The notes: generated by a model from the sequence alone, not told the origin. DNA of 64,000 nt from a virus (IMGVR_UViG_3300005076_000003:17911-81910), one strand, 5' to 3'. Positions 19,851 to 30,337 are shown, counted from the first letter of the stretch. A program made the numbers and translations.

Positions 19851-20781
19851 TATTAACTCCTTTCATAAATAAATCCAAATCAAACACCTTACCACGCTCT
19901 TTAGTAATATAAACCAACTTACCAGTGAGGGTTAAAGCATCTTTCCAAGTATTACCATACGTTAGTTTATAGATTTCAATAACACGTTTTTTCATTTCTA
20001 TTTTAGAGTGCTTAACATCCTCTAATAACTTCTCTGCTGTATTCTTACCAATAGATTTAACCTTTACATTAAACGCTTCTCTAAGCTCTGTAGAGACAAA
20101 ATCAATGCCACGTATGAAGTCAGTGCTGTCACCAATTAACAACTGTGTACTTAGGTTATAGAAGGCTTGTATGGGGTTAATGTAGAACACGCCCAAACCA
20201 AGATTATTGTAGTTTAAGAACAAACCATGATGTCCTTCTAAATCCTTGTCAATGTAAGCTCGAATACCTAATGGGTCTAAAGCAGCATCAGCGATTACAA
20301 AATCTTCGCTCTCATAACCATGTACAACTTCAATCTTCCCTTTGTATTTGTTCAACATATAGTTGAAGCAGTGTTTGTGTAGAGCTGGTTTTGCTCCACG
20401 ATTAGATTTATATTCAGGGTAGACATCATAACGGAAATTGTCTTTACCTTGAATATACAACCTATAATCATTAACCCAATCGAAACCAACAATAGAATCA
20501 ACCTTACTCTTAACATTAGATAAAGCAAAACCGATAGTTGGTATAACAAAATCGTTTACTTCAAAGTTCTTCCCTTTTGGGTCATTTAATAAGAAATCAT
20601 CAAAAGAATTGAAGTTTTCAAACTCTTTCTTTCTACCACTTGCTTTGTGTGTAACAACACAAGAGTCTTTGGAACAAGCTGCTGCACATGCGTAGGCGAT
20701 TGTGTCACAGTCGATATATAAGTTATATTTCTGTGTTGGGTCAAACTTGGTGAAGTCATAACGACTAAAATCTCGACTCAT
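19843..20781 (-). CDS. 5'-3' exonuclease / flap endonuclease (T7 gp6-like)
   Basis: YIDCDTIAY, NFRYDVYPEYKSNR, YESEDFV, IDKDL, LLIGDSTDFI.GI. Confidence 0.85.
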   Translation of the reverse strand: MSRDFSRYDFTKFDPTQKYNLYIDCDTIAYACAAACSKDSCVVTHKASGRKKEFENFNSFDDFLLNDPKGKNFEVNDFVIPTIGFALSNVKSKVDSIVGFDWVNDYRLYIQGKDNFRYDVYPEYKSNRGAKPALHKHCFNYMLNKYKGKIEVVHGYESEDFVIADAALDPLGIRAYIDKDLEGHHGLFLNYNNLGLGVFYINPIQAFYNLSTQLLIGDSTDFIRGIDFVSTELREAFNVKVKSIGKNTAEKLLEDVKHSKIEMKKRVIEIYKLTYGNTWKDALTLTGKLVYITKERGKVFDLDLFMKGVNND

Positions 20782-20863
20782 ATTCACTCCTCATAAACAA
20801 AGAAAGGAGAACACCTGTTAGAGTATTCTCCTTGTGTTAAAACTAATTACTTAACTTAATTGA

Positions 20864-20971
20864 TTAACTATTAACAGCTTCTTCAAGCTCTAAGAACGAA
20901 TTAAGTTTAGCTACTGTTTCACCTAATTTTGATGTAGCAGTTAGTTTACCAATCTTATTCAAATCAGTCAT
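20864..20971 (-). pseudogene. 35-aa orphan, diverged duplicate of the C-terminal half of the GapR/DsbA-like gene at 21741-21971
   Basis: MTDLNKIGKLTATSKLGETVAKLNSFLELEEAVNS aligns with NNLNKVAKLKATQKLGETMLKMAEFSELVESLD. Has a GGAGG RBS inside the HNH 3' end. Confidence 0.75.
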
Positions 20972-21728
20972 TGTAGTCAACCTCCCAATTTATTAAAGCT
21001 TCATAAACTCTAGGATCAATCTGTTCTTTCCATTTATTAGCAACCTCTTTGATGTAGGTTTCTTTCGCTTGCTTGTAAGCTAGGAATGCAGACTCCTCGC
21101 ACTGGTGTAATCCTAAAAATACAGATTTACCTTTTATACTCAGAGATGCAGAATATTTTAATAAAGCTTTATTAAAATAGACACCTAAAGGTTGCTCTCC
21201 TCTGTGGTTTTTTCTTAAAGTGAATAACCCATTAATCTCTTGAGGTACAAAACAACAAGTTGTTTCACTATACACCTTATTACCTTTCACCAAAATATCC
21301 TTATCTAAGTGGAACAGTGCCCCTTTTTCATCTATAGAGTTAAAACCAACTTGCTTATTACACCAATCTTTGAAATAAGTAAAGTATTTAAAGTTATCAG
21401 ATACTTTACAATCTACGTATGTGGTACAATGGTATTGTTGAGACTTTCTTTCATAGTAACACCTCTTTAACACCTCTACCCAAACAAGATAGTGTGGTTT
21501 ATCATCTTCAGATATTGTACAAAAACCTGTTACACCAACACCGAACACGCTAGGTAACAAGTAGTCTTTTACTTCTCCTTTGTTTATGCTTGATATATCA
21601 ACACGGTATTCACAACCTGTACTTAAGAATCGTATTAGCCTTTTATTATCGTTCCCAGTCTTGCTCAATATCTTAAAAACTCCACAATTGTTGGAATGTA
21701 CAGTGTCCCCAACTCGGTATCTACCCAC
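20964..21728 (-). mobile_element. Free-standing HNH homing endonuclease gene
   Basis: W.EVLKRCY, LDKDILVKGNKVYSETTCCFVPQEIN, C-terminal EVANKWKEQID. Confidence 0.85.
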
Positions 21729-21740
21729 CCCTTATACTCC

Positions 21741-21971
21741 TCAATCTAAGCTCTCAACTAACTCTGAAAACTCTGCCATTTTTAACATAGTTTCACCCAA
21801 TTTCTGTGTTGCTTTTAATTTAGCTACCTTGTTCAAATTATTCCATTTTACTTCAGGTAATTCTTCATCTACTACAGTTTTAATATCTTTAAGTTCTTCG
21901 TTTAAAGTATCAATCTCTTGGTGAATTGAAATGATACGCTCTAGTAGTTGCTTTACTTTAGTTAAATTCAT
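21741..21971 (-). CDS. GapR / T4 DsbA-like dsDNA-binding protein
   Basis: KQLLERIISIHQEIDTLNEELKDIK helical pattern, 76 aa. Confidence 0.6.
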   Translation of the reverse strand: MNLTKVKQLLERIISIHQEIDTLNEELKDIKTVVDEELPEVKWNNLNKVAKLKATQKLGETMLKMAEFSELVESLD

Positions 21972-22040
21972 TTGTGTTACTCCTTAATTAATTTAAATAG
22001 TGGAGAGCATATTGCTACACCCTCCGTTTGTTACATCAGA

Positions 22041-23003
22041 TTAGAACGGAATTTGATTCTCGTCATCTTCTTCAGGTACAGTTGTTGGTTTTGGTTGTGT
22101 AGGTTGTTTCACTACAGATTGTTCTTGTGATTCACCATTGTTCAAAGCTTCATACGCTTCAATTGCTTTCTGCATCTTACTACCTTGATAGTTGTTAGCT
22201 TGTTTAATCTTCTTAATGATACTACCACGAATACCAGCAGCTTTAAGAGATTCAACACTCACATCATCAAAAGAAATACCCACAGGATTAACCAAAGAGT
22301 AATCAATCATTTTAGCTAAAGCAGAAGGTACAGAAGAAATCCCTTTCACATTAACATAAACCTTATCACCATCTTCTGTCTTAACAACATCAACCATTAA
22401 CGACTTACCTAAGATCAATCCAATATTGTTTAGATCATTCTTAACTGTACCATCTGTAATAGTGTTTTGACGTGTAACCTTAGCCAATTCAGTAAGCATC
22501 GAGTTAGGAGCAAATGTCCATACTCCACCTTGTTTTTGAGGTGGTACAACAGCTAACCCTAAACCTCGAATTTCTCCTTTCCAAGTTTTGTTAAGTAAAG
22601 CTCGATAAGGTTTTTGACCAATCTCGCTACCATAATCAATTACGTTACCAACAAGGTCAGCGAATACGGCAACTTCTTGACGATCTTTAGGTTGACGTAC
22701 TTGAGCATTTACAATGAATTTATCTCCTTGCTCTACAATCTTAACTTTTTCAAAATCAGATTTCTTCAACATTGTTTCTACTTGTGCTACTAGAGCTTCA
22801 GCTTCTTCTCGTGTATCAAACTCGGTTGATTTCTCAATATTAGCGGATAGTGGAGGAGTATGAATACCTAAGTCTACAATTTGAGAAATAACAGCAGTGT
22901 GGTTATCTGTTTCAACTTGTTCATTAATTGCATTCCAATTAACTTGTGGAGCGTTGCTTGAGTGTTGTGTTGTGCTACCTTGTGGTTTTAGATTAAAACT
23001 CAT
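22041..23003 (-). CDS. Putative single-stranded DNA-binding protein
   Basis: Adjacent to the polymerase; acidic tail ending EEDDENQIPF. Confidence 0.65.
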   Translation of the reverse strand: MSFNLKPQGSTTQHSSNAPQVNWNAINEQVETDNHTAVISQIVDLGIHTPPLSANIEKSTEFDTREEAEALVAQVETMLKKSDFEKVKIVEQGDKFIVNAQVRQPKDRQEVAVFADLVGNVIDYGSEIGQKPYRALLNKTWKGEIRGLGLAVVPPQKQGGVWTFAPNSMLTELAKVTRQNTITDGTVKNDLNNIGLILGKSLMVDVVKTEDGDKVYVNVKGISSVPSALAKMIDYSLVNPVGISFDDVSVESLKAAGIRGSIIKKIKQANNYQGSKMQKAIEAYEALNNGESQEQSVVKQPTQPKPTTVPEEDDENQIPF

Positions 23004-23110
23004 AATTTAATTTCCTTTGTTTGGTTGATTTAATATAATCAAATGTTCTTGATTATGAGGTGTATTGTATATCATCATTTAAACATACGCAACACCTTTT
23101 TCAAAATAAT

Positions 23111-23326
23111 TTAAATATTTTTACTAATATATTCACACATCCCTAAAACAAGCTCTGTGTAATCTGGTGTATCATACTCCCAACGTGTACCAACATAAAA
23201 ACCCTCACACCATTGCTCATATAACCTTTGTGCTCTGTTTACCTGATCAGGGCGACAGTTTAGTCTATCCCCATTTTTAATCAATTGTTCAGCGTACAAC
23301 ATTGTAAATATTACTGCATCATTCAT
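23111..23326 (-). CDS. Hypothetical protein
   Basis: GGAG RBS. Confidence 0.55.
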   Translation of the reverse strand: MNDAVIFTMLYAEQLIKNGDRLNCRPDQVNRAQRLYEQWCEGFYVGTRWEYDTPDYTELVLGMCEYISKNI

Positions 23327-23338
23327 TTCATACTCTCC

Positions 23339-23716
23339 TTATTTATTTGACATTCGTTGTAAAGTGTCTTTATGACGTTCTTTAACACTGTTCCAAGCTT
23401 GTTGTAGAACTTCGTTTGTGTACTGCAAGTTTTCATCATTATGCTGTGAGAACATATCCTCAACATCGACATCCCGAATCCAAACTAACCTTGTTGTCTC
23501 TGCTGTTTGTTTTGGGCTGTGTTGTATACCTCCAAGATGATGTTTTAATACTAATTGCATATCTGATGCAATCTTAATATTCTCCATTGTTTTAGGGACA
23601 TCGACAACTTCTGCATCTAACCCATCGTACTGAGAGCAGATATAATTACTCAAAGCTTTGATGATGGTGCTTAGGTGATTCTTTTCAACTGTTAATTCAT
23701 AAAATTGATCTTGCAT
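23339..23716 (-). CDS. Hypothetical protein
   Basis: AGGAG RBS. Confidence 0.6.
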   Translation of the reverse strand: MQDQFYELTVEKNHLSTIIKALSNYICSQYDGLDAEVVDVPKTMENIKIASDMQLVLKHHLGGIQHSPKQTAETTRLVWIRDVDVEDMFSQHNDENLQYTNEVLQQAWNSVKERHKDTLQRMSNK

Positions 23717-23728
23717 TTTGTTACTCCT

Positions 23729-26110
23729 TTAGTGACATCCAAACCAGTTCTTGTGTACGACCCATTCGTATCCAAGAGGTACTTTTAGTTTAACTTCTTC
23801 TACAGCCATGTCAATAGCTTTAGTGATTGCTTTTGATACAGGGTTTGGTAAAGCTATAACAAGTGTACCATTCTTACCCTCTACTGCGCTACCTAACTGC
23901 TCGCCATCCCATGTTGATTCAAACTCTTTCAATTCATCTTCAGTTTTAAAGATTTTATATTGAATAAGTTTAGGGTTTACTGCTAATTGACATTCATCGT
24001 GGTACTCAATCATACCACACATATCAATCGTTTTTTCCTTAAACGGGTTGCACTTATACCCTTGTTCCTCTAACAACTGATAGATAAATATAGTAGCATA
24101 CTTAGCACAAATAACACCTCCTGATTGAAATAAAGCATTTAGGAGCGAGTGCTTAGATCGAGTAACAATCTTACGTCCATCAACACCAATTACAAATGAT
24201 TTACCACGAGCTTCCCATGAACTTCCTACAGCGTCACGCAAGTTCTTCAACGGCTCTACAGCATCCCAATAAGCATCAAACAACGCCTTAGCCTGTTCAT
24301 CTGTCAAACCTAGCATCTTCTTCAACTTCTGATAAGCAGCACCATACATTAATGCATACGATACAGATTTAGCTTGGTCACGAGGAATACCTAACTTCTT
24401 AGCATTTAAGCTGTGAATGTCATTAGGCTTACTTGCAAGGAGTTGTTCAGCTAAATCATCTCCATTAAAAGGTAAGATATAATGCCCTTGTATACGAGCC
24501 TCTAAAGATGAAAAGTCAAACCCAAGTTGTACCATACCTTCACCACAACCGAACAAACTTCGCATTTCTTTACCATAAATAGAAGATGCTCGTGCAATAT
24601 TACACACACCAATATGGCGGTAACGGTTTGTAGACGCTCCAATCTCGATAGCAGGGGTTGCCACACGACCATCAATATCACGGTACATGGATAAGAAACC
24701 AGTGTTAGGAGCTTCTTCATCGAAGTCCATATCGTCAATATCACCACCAGCAATACTACTTTTACGATGTCGGTAAGTTAAGTACAATGAAAAGTCATTA
24801 GCAAATGCAACCTTATCTCCAAGAGCGACTAAGTTCGGACAAAGTTCTTTCTCTACCCCTACACGTACAGCAGGGGATGTAGGAATACGAACAGGTTTGT
24901 TATCCGCTAACTTCTTTAACAACTTAGCCCGTATAGATGCTTTATTGTAACCCATATCCAACTCAAGTAGACGAGCTTCTTTATACTTACCCTCATCAAA
25001 TGTTTGGTTTAACCAAGTGTCCGTAGCAGCAACTCGTTTCTCATAAGAAATTGATTGCTTCTTAGAGTCTTTAGTTAAATCCCTTACCTTAAACTCTGTA
25101 GGTTTCCACCCTAAGTTGATCAAGTGCATCTTAACATGATCTAGGTCATCAATGGACGCTGTCTCGTGGGTTTCAATTGGCTCTTCAAAAGGCATCTTAC
25201 GGGCATAACCGTTGTAGATAAACAAATCGTCATCAATTTCAGCACCATGTTTTGCAGCAAAGTTTTTCATGTGTGCAGTAGGTGTGCCATCTTGCTTCAG
25301 TTGGTTTTTAGGTGGAGTGTAAGCTTTCAACGTACCTTTGTTCATTGGCTTAGGCGGTAAGATTGGATTAACCTTATCGGCTAATGATTGCATCTTTTCT
25401 TGTAAATTTTCAAGACATGCAATAGCAGCTTCTTTATCAAACCAAAAACCATAAGATTCTCGTCTAATAGCTAAGTCAGCTAACTTGTTTTCAAGTTTTT
25501 CAGGTTTAGCCCATTTAGGGTAAGAGGTAAACTCTTGCTCTAACTCTAAATAAACAAGCTTCGTTACTAAAGTATCTTGTTGACAGTAACTAAGCATAAT
25601 ATCTGAATACTGTCTGAACTCCTCGCCTTTTGGTGTATTACTTGGGATTAATCCTGCATCAATAGATTGTTGGCGGAAGTCATCTTTAAAACTACCTAAA
25701 CGTTTACCCCAAGCTTCAAGTGAGTGACCACCATAACGGTCAGGGTTAAACAGACGAGAACGAATTAATGTGTCTGTAATCTTAACTTCCTTACCAAACA
25801 ACTTATCAGGTTTGCCAAGATAACCGACTTCATAGTCCAACACACCGAATAAATCCAAAGCAATAAAGTCGAACTTAATGCCATTGTGTGCAATAACTTC
25901 TGTACAACCTTCAAACGCTTTCTGTACTTGATCTTTAGTGATCGTGCTTCCTGTTGGACTGAATAACGATACTGTTTCATCCGTATCTACGTCACGGACA
26001 ACGACACACCATAAACGAGCTTCATTGTTCATCTTGTATGGCAATGTTGAAAAATCTAGCATGTTTGCTAGTAAATTATTTGCTTCAATGTCTACTACTA
26101 ATCTTTTCAC
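23729..26110 (-). CDS. polA: DNA polymerase family A (T7-like) with 3'-5' exonuclease
   Basis: ExoI VVDIEAN, ExoII AHNGIKFD, ExoIII YCQQD, motif A FDFSSLE, motif B RDQAKSVSYALMYG, motif C YHDE. Confidence 0.95.
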   Translation of the reverse strand: MKRLVVDIEANNLLANMLDFSTLPYKMNNEARLWCVVVRDVDTDETVSLFSPTGSTITKDQVQKAFEGCTEVIAHNGIKFDFIALDLFGVLDYEVGYLGKPDKLFGKEVKITDTLIRSRLFNPDRYGGHSLEAWGKRLGSFKDDFRQQSIDAGLIPSNTPKGEEFRQYSDIMLSYCQQDTLVTKLVYLELEQEFTSYPKWAKPEKLENKLADLAIRRESYGFWFDKEAAIACLENLQEKMQSLADKVNPILPPKPMNKGTLKAYTPPKNQLKQDGTPTAHMKNFAAKHGAEIDDDLFIYNGYARKMPFEEPIETHETASIDDLDHVKMHLINLGWKPTEFKVRDLTKDSKKQSISYEKRVAATDTWLNQTFDEGKYKEARLLELDMGYNKASIRAKLLKKLADNKPVRIPTSPAVRVGVEKELCPNLVALGDKVAFANDFSLYLTYRHRKSSIAGGDIDDMDFDEEAPNTGFLSMYRDIDGRVATPAIEIGASTNRYRHIGVCNIARASSIYGKEMRSLFGCGEGMVQLGFDFSSLEARIQGHYILPFNGDDLAEQLLASKPNDIHSLNAKKLGIPRDQAKSVSYALMYGAAYQKLKKMLGLTDEQAKALFDAYWDAVEPLKNLRDAVGSSWEARGKSFVIGVDGRKIVTRSKHSLLNALFQSGGVICAKYATIFIYQLLEEQGYKCNPFKEKTIDMCGMIEYHDECQLAVNPKLIQYKIFKTEDELKEFESTWDGEQLGSAVEGKNGTLVIALPNPVSKAITKAIDMAVEEVKLKVPLGYEWVVHKNWFGCH

Positions 26111-26192
26111 TTTTACTCCTTATAAAACGCAAAAGAACAGATGAAGCAATAATACCTCATCTGTTCTAGTGTTGTCTATACGTGTTTACACA

Positions 26193-26963
26193 TTAGTCAG
26201 TTATTTCTACCTCATACTTCATTAAAGCTTCATAAACTCTTGGGTCAATTTGATCTTTCCATTTGTTAGCTACCTCTTTGATGTAAGCTTCTTTTGCTTC
26301 TTTGTAAGCTAAGAACGCACCTTCAGGTGTGCTAGAGTACCCAAACTTTCTACGATCTTTCCCTACATTTAATTGGGCGAAAAAGTTACCCCCTCTCTTG
26401 TCAACAGTTACTCCGATAGGATACGCACCTCTGTGGTTTTGTCTCTTAGTTAAAAGATTGTTAATCTCTCTTGGAACTAGCACACAAGTATCTTCACTGT
26501 ACACCTTATTGTCTTTTACTAAAATATCTTTATCTAAAAACCAATCATTATCTGCACCGATCTGACTAACATACCAATTTTGAAAATAAGTGTAATCTGT
26601 AAAATTGTCAGATACAGTACATCCTACATAAGTCGGGCACTTCAACTTATGATCATCAGCGTAACATCTTTGAAGCATGTTGCGCCAAGCATGGTATTCC
26701 TTTCTAATCTTACCGTTTAACTTTACAGGGGCATCGCCTACAAAACCAACCCCACACACTGTTGGAGCATACCGATCTTTAACCCCTCCTGATTTAATAT
26801 CACTAATACGAGCAATTGTGTGGTTTCCAGTGTTTAAAAATTTAACTAGAACATCATTCCATTTTCGGTAATCAACAATGATCAAATCACCGTAATTCTT
26901 TGTTGGATATACTTTACCATCTTGAATTTTCTTGTTTATTTCATGTCGCCCGTTACTTCCCAC
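26193..26963 (-). mobile_element. Free-standing HNH homing endonuclease gene
   Basis: Same family as 20964-21728; WRNMLQRCY, LDKDIL, VEITD end. Confidence 0.85.
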
Positions 26964-26975
26964 GTTTCACCTCCT

Positions 26976-28847
26976 TTAAAAATTAGTTTTTTGGTTTAGT
27001 AAAAAAGTTTCTAGGTTATATTGTTTACGAGTTAACGGGTCATAATATAACTTACAAACATCACTACCTGTTAAACCTCCACGACACTTAGGCATGTCTA
27101 CATAAGTTGTATTCTTAATAATTGGGTCACTTGCCATTTTATTACGATTTAACACAATGTTAATATCAGCAGATTGTGGGATAGTCCCGCTACCCAAGAT
27201 GTCATACTCCGAAACACGTTTAAACTTAGTATCATCTTTCACCTCATCTTGCTTTTTGCTACCCATTTCAGGTGACGCTGCGTTTTTGGTAGTGTGCAGT
27301 ACGTTCACAAATATAGCACCTTCTTTCTTCATTTGTTTCTGCCAAAGCATGTGCTCTTCTTGCTTATCCAAAGGTAAAGATCGAATTACGTCCGTCAATA
27401 CATCAAGTACAAAAAGCCGAGAACCTAGACTCTTCATAGCTTTTTCCAACTGCTTTTCAAGTTCTTTAATATCCCCTGTGCGAGAATCAATGATGTGAAA
27501 ACGAGGTTGTCCGTACTCGTCAACTAGCATATCTTCACACATAGTCTTAACGTCTTCTCGATCTAAGTAAGCTAAAGCGTCTCTCCCGTCCTCAAACCAA
27601 GTCAAGTTCTGCTCAATGTGGTATGAATATAAATCTAAGATTAACTCAGAAGCGGTACGCTCAATTGTCAAAACTGTAGGTACTAGAGGACTATGGTAAA
27701 TCCAATGGTGTAAAAGGGTATCTGAGAAAAACGACTTACCGATAGATGTTAAACCGATAATGTTTACTATCGCCCCACTTGATTTGATACCTCCTCTCAT
27801 AGCTGTTTGTAGTTCGTGCATTTGTGGTGGAAGTGTAATCTTCTCAGCCAATAAGTGTTCACGAACCCCTTGCGCGGCATCTACAGATGTCATTATTCCA
27901 GTTGAAATTAAAGGTTTTGCGCTATAAAAATCACTGATAAATTGTTTCTGTTTTCCTGTTTGTAGCATCTCAGAGCAGTCTTTAAGTGAAGTTACCATGA
28001 CCTTTACTTTGTTCTCTGGCAGAACTTTAATAGCTTCTTGCACAGCTTTACGCCCAGCTTCGTCATTGTCCATACAAAGAATAACTTCTTCGAAACTATC
28101 AATGAAATCATAACTATTCGCACAAACTTTAGATAAGGTTGCTTCACCACAATGAATACCAACAACAGCAATGCGGTCATAATCTTCTTGTTTACGTTGA
28201 ATTTGATAATCACGTAGCATTTGAGCAGCAGCTAATTTGTCTTCTTCACCACCAACAATCAGTAACCACTTTCCTCCTGAAGTAAACTTATGACTTCCGC
28301 TCAAATCATTGCTAGTACCAACTATACCAATGTTGTGACGACCAAACGCTTTAGGTAAATCTCGTGACTTGTAACCACGTAAAGAATTTAGCTCACCTTT
28401 GAACGTTGACTTAGTTTCAGGATAATACGTTCGTATAATTTCACCACTAGAATCACGCTCGAATAAATGACCGTAGAAGTGCGCTGTTTCAGGTTTAATT
28501 GAACGATATAGACTACCATCCTTCATAGTCGTATCGTGGTTAGAACGAGCAATAAGAGCTTTGTACTCATCTTTTGTAATAGCTGTACGGGTAACAGGTT
28601 TTACTTTAGGAACAACGAACCCTTCTTCAAGAACTCCTTGCTCTTTCAGCATAGCTTCAGTCATATACTTATTCTCACAGCTAGGTGTAAAACAACTAGC
28701 ATCAAGGTACTCTTCACCCTGCTCGTTATGCTTAACATAGACAACTAAATTATCCTGTGAACCACAGCTCTCACACGGGAACTTCCCAAGAACAGTACCC
28801 TGTACCAATTCTTTAACTTCTTTCGTATCTTTCATTTCTTTACTCAC
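26976..28847 (-). CDS. DNA primase-helicase (T7 gp4-like)
   Basis: Zn finger CESC...CFTPSC, TOPRIM GGEED and MDNDEAG, DnaB Walker A GLTSIGKS, LDVLT, LGSG.IPQSAD, KCR. Confidence 0.92.
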   Translation of the reverse strand: MSKEMKDTKEVKELVQGTVLGKFPCESCGSQDNLVVYVKHNEQGEEYLDASCFTPSCENKYMTEAMLKEQGVLEEGFVVPKVKPVTRTAITKDEYKALIARSNHDTTMKDGSLYRSIKPETAHFYGHLFERDSSGEIIRTYYPETKSTFKGELNSLRGYKSRDLPKAFGRHNIGIVGTSNDLSGSHKFTSGGKWLLIVGGEEDKLAAAQMLRDYQIQRKQEDYDRIAVVGIHCGEATLSKVCANSYDFIDSFEEVILCMDNDEAGRKAVQEAIKVLPENKVKVMVTSLKDCSEMLQTGKQKQFISDFYSAKPLISTGIMTSVDAAQGVREHLLAEKITLPPQMHELQTAMRGGIKSSGAIVNIIGLTSIGKSFFSDTLLHHWIYHSPLVPTVLTIERTASELILDLYSYHIEQNLTWFEDGRDALAYLDREDVKTMCEDMLVDEYGQPRFHIIDSRTGDIKELEKQLEKAMKSLGSRLFVLDVLTDVIRSLPLDKQEEHMLWQKQMKKEGAIFVNVLHTTKNAASPEMGSKKQDEVKDDTKFKRVSEYDILGSGTIPQSADINIVLNRNKMASDPIIKNTTYVDMPKCRGGLTGSDVCKLYYDPLTRKQYNLETFLLNQKTNF

Positions 28848-28860
28848 AATATTCTCCTAA

Positions 28861-29187
28861 TTAAATCGTGTCACGCTCTTTCAAAGCTTCCAAAGCTAAT
28901 TGTAAGTTTAGAATTTGATCTTTTAATCGATCTTCTAAATTGTCTACAGCGCAATGTTCTTCTAACTTTTCTTCCAAAGGACACCAGTCGTAATAAATCT
29001 CGTTTGTATAAATATCGCAAAATTCTGATTGTGTAAATTTTATGAAGTTACCAAAATCAGTTAATACTTCGTACTCCCTACGCTCAGGTTGAGAGTATTG
29101 AAAGATACCTGTTACAACACCGAAACCAACCATCAACCCTTGTTTAGGTGCTACTCGACTACCAATAACAACTTTATCCAAATACAT
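28861..29187 (-). CDS. Hypothetical protein
   Basis: AAGGAG RBS. Confidence 0.6.
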   Translation of the reverse strand: MYLDKVVIGSRVAPKQGLMVGFGVVTGIFQYSQPERREYEVLTDFGNFIKFTQSEFCDIYTNEIYYDWCPLEEKLEEHCAVDNLEDRLKDQILNLQLALEALKERDTI

Positions 29188-29372
29188 TTTGTTCTCCTTA
29201 GAACTTCTTTGCTCAATGTGAGCATCTTCGATACGAGCATCCTACACCCAACACCTCAATTCTGTCAACACCAATGTTGGATTAATTTACACAGGTTAAT
29301 TACTAATCAAATAGTAAAACTAAATTCATTTGTAAAACATCATCTTAACAAATCTCTTACTTCTGAAGGGGG

Positions 29373-29401
29373 TTGACAAGATAAAAGGTCAGCCCTATAC
29401 T
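29373..29401 (+). promoter_or_regulatory. Sigma70-type promoter
   Basis: TTGACA-N17-TATACT. Confidence 0.8.
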
Positions 29402-29660
29402 GAACTGAGGGGAAGGGGAGGAAGTTAGTTATTTAAAACAAATAATATTACTATATTGAATACATGAGCTATGTATGATCATATGATATATAATTAATTA
29501 AATATATTTATACTAATTATATAACTTATAGTATACCTAAAGTATTACATTTAGTTTACTATTAAGTATTAACTATACATACTGTATTAGATATATAACT
29601 ATAATTAATATAAGATATGTATATACATTATTTTGTGTTATCAATTATAAATATATTAAA
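29402..29660. other. Candidate replication origin element 1: G-rich tract, conserved 33-mer, very AT-rich region
   Basis: GAGGGGAAGGGGAGGAAG, then aaataatattactatattgaatacatgagctat, which is shared with 63273-63305. Confidence 0.5.
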
Positions 29661-29687
29661 ATATATGTTGTTTTATCATCATAGGTG

Positions 29688-29716
29688 TTGACATCATATT
29701 TGTGTTTGTGTAATAT
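29688..29716 (+). promoter_or_regulatory. Sigma70-type promoter for the rightward early region
   Basis: TTGACA-N17-TAATAT, then AAGGAG RBS of 29744. Confidence 0.75.
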
Positions 29717-29743
29717 CTAAATAATCAAATAAGGAGATGTGTT

Positions 29744-30337
29744 ATGATTTTTGAAGACTTACATAAAATGATGTTAAATGTAAACAAAGATAGTTTAGAT
29801 AAATCCATTGCTGACTGTCATGTTAAAGATGTGTTTTCTTTGGTTGTTGGCGGTACAGAGCATGGTAATCTTACTCGTGTGTTCATTGCAACAAAGAAGA
29901 TTAGACCGTTTGATATTCAATTTCACTCACACCGTTATGGTTTAAGAATAGGGGTTATTAACGGTGTGTTTGAACACCATGTGGCTATTAAAGCCAAAGG
30001 TAAATCCAACACTAATCGCGTCGGTTTAATTGAGTATGACTACAAATCACCTTTGAATGGTGGAAACGGGTTAACTAAGATTGGTCAAGGTGTTTACGAC
30101 CTTACTTCTTATAAAGTTCCTGTTGGTGGAGAGATGTATTTACCACACGATTTAGTTCACTCTGTTTCGTGTTCCAAAGGTTCTATGTGGGTTGTGCAAG
30201 AGTTAGGTTTTAGAGATGATTCTAGTGTTGTGTTAGGAACAGATTTCTCAACAGTAGGTTTGTACAATGCACCAAAACAGTTTCAAGTGAACAATATGTA
30301 CGAACAAGTGCTTGAGAAATTGAAGAAGTTAGTTTAA
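29744..30337 (+). CDS. Cupin-like (cysteine-dioxygenase-like) metal-binding protein
   Basis: FHSHRY..IGV.NG.FEH and LVHSV motifs. Confidence 0.45.
   Translation: MIFEDLHKMMLNVNKDSLDKSIADCHVKDVFSLVVGGTEHGNLTRVFIATKKIRPFDIQFHSHRYGLRIGVINGVFEHHVAIKAKGKSNTNRVGLIEYDYKSPLNGGNGLTKIGQGVYDLTSYKVPVGGEMYLPHDLVHSVSCSKGSMWVVQELGFRDDSSVVLGTDFSTVGLYNAPKQFQVNNMYEQVLEKLKKLV

Noticed and set aside
29089-29376. Plus-strand 95-aa ORF
   Set aside because: It overlaps a minus-strand gene and the divergent promoter region, with no RBS.
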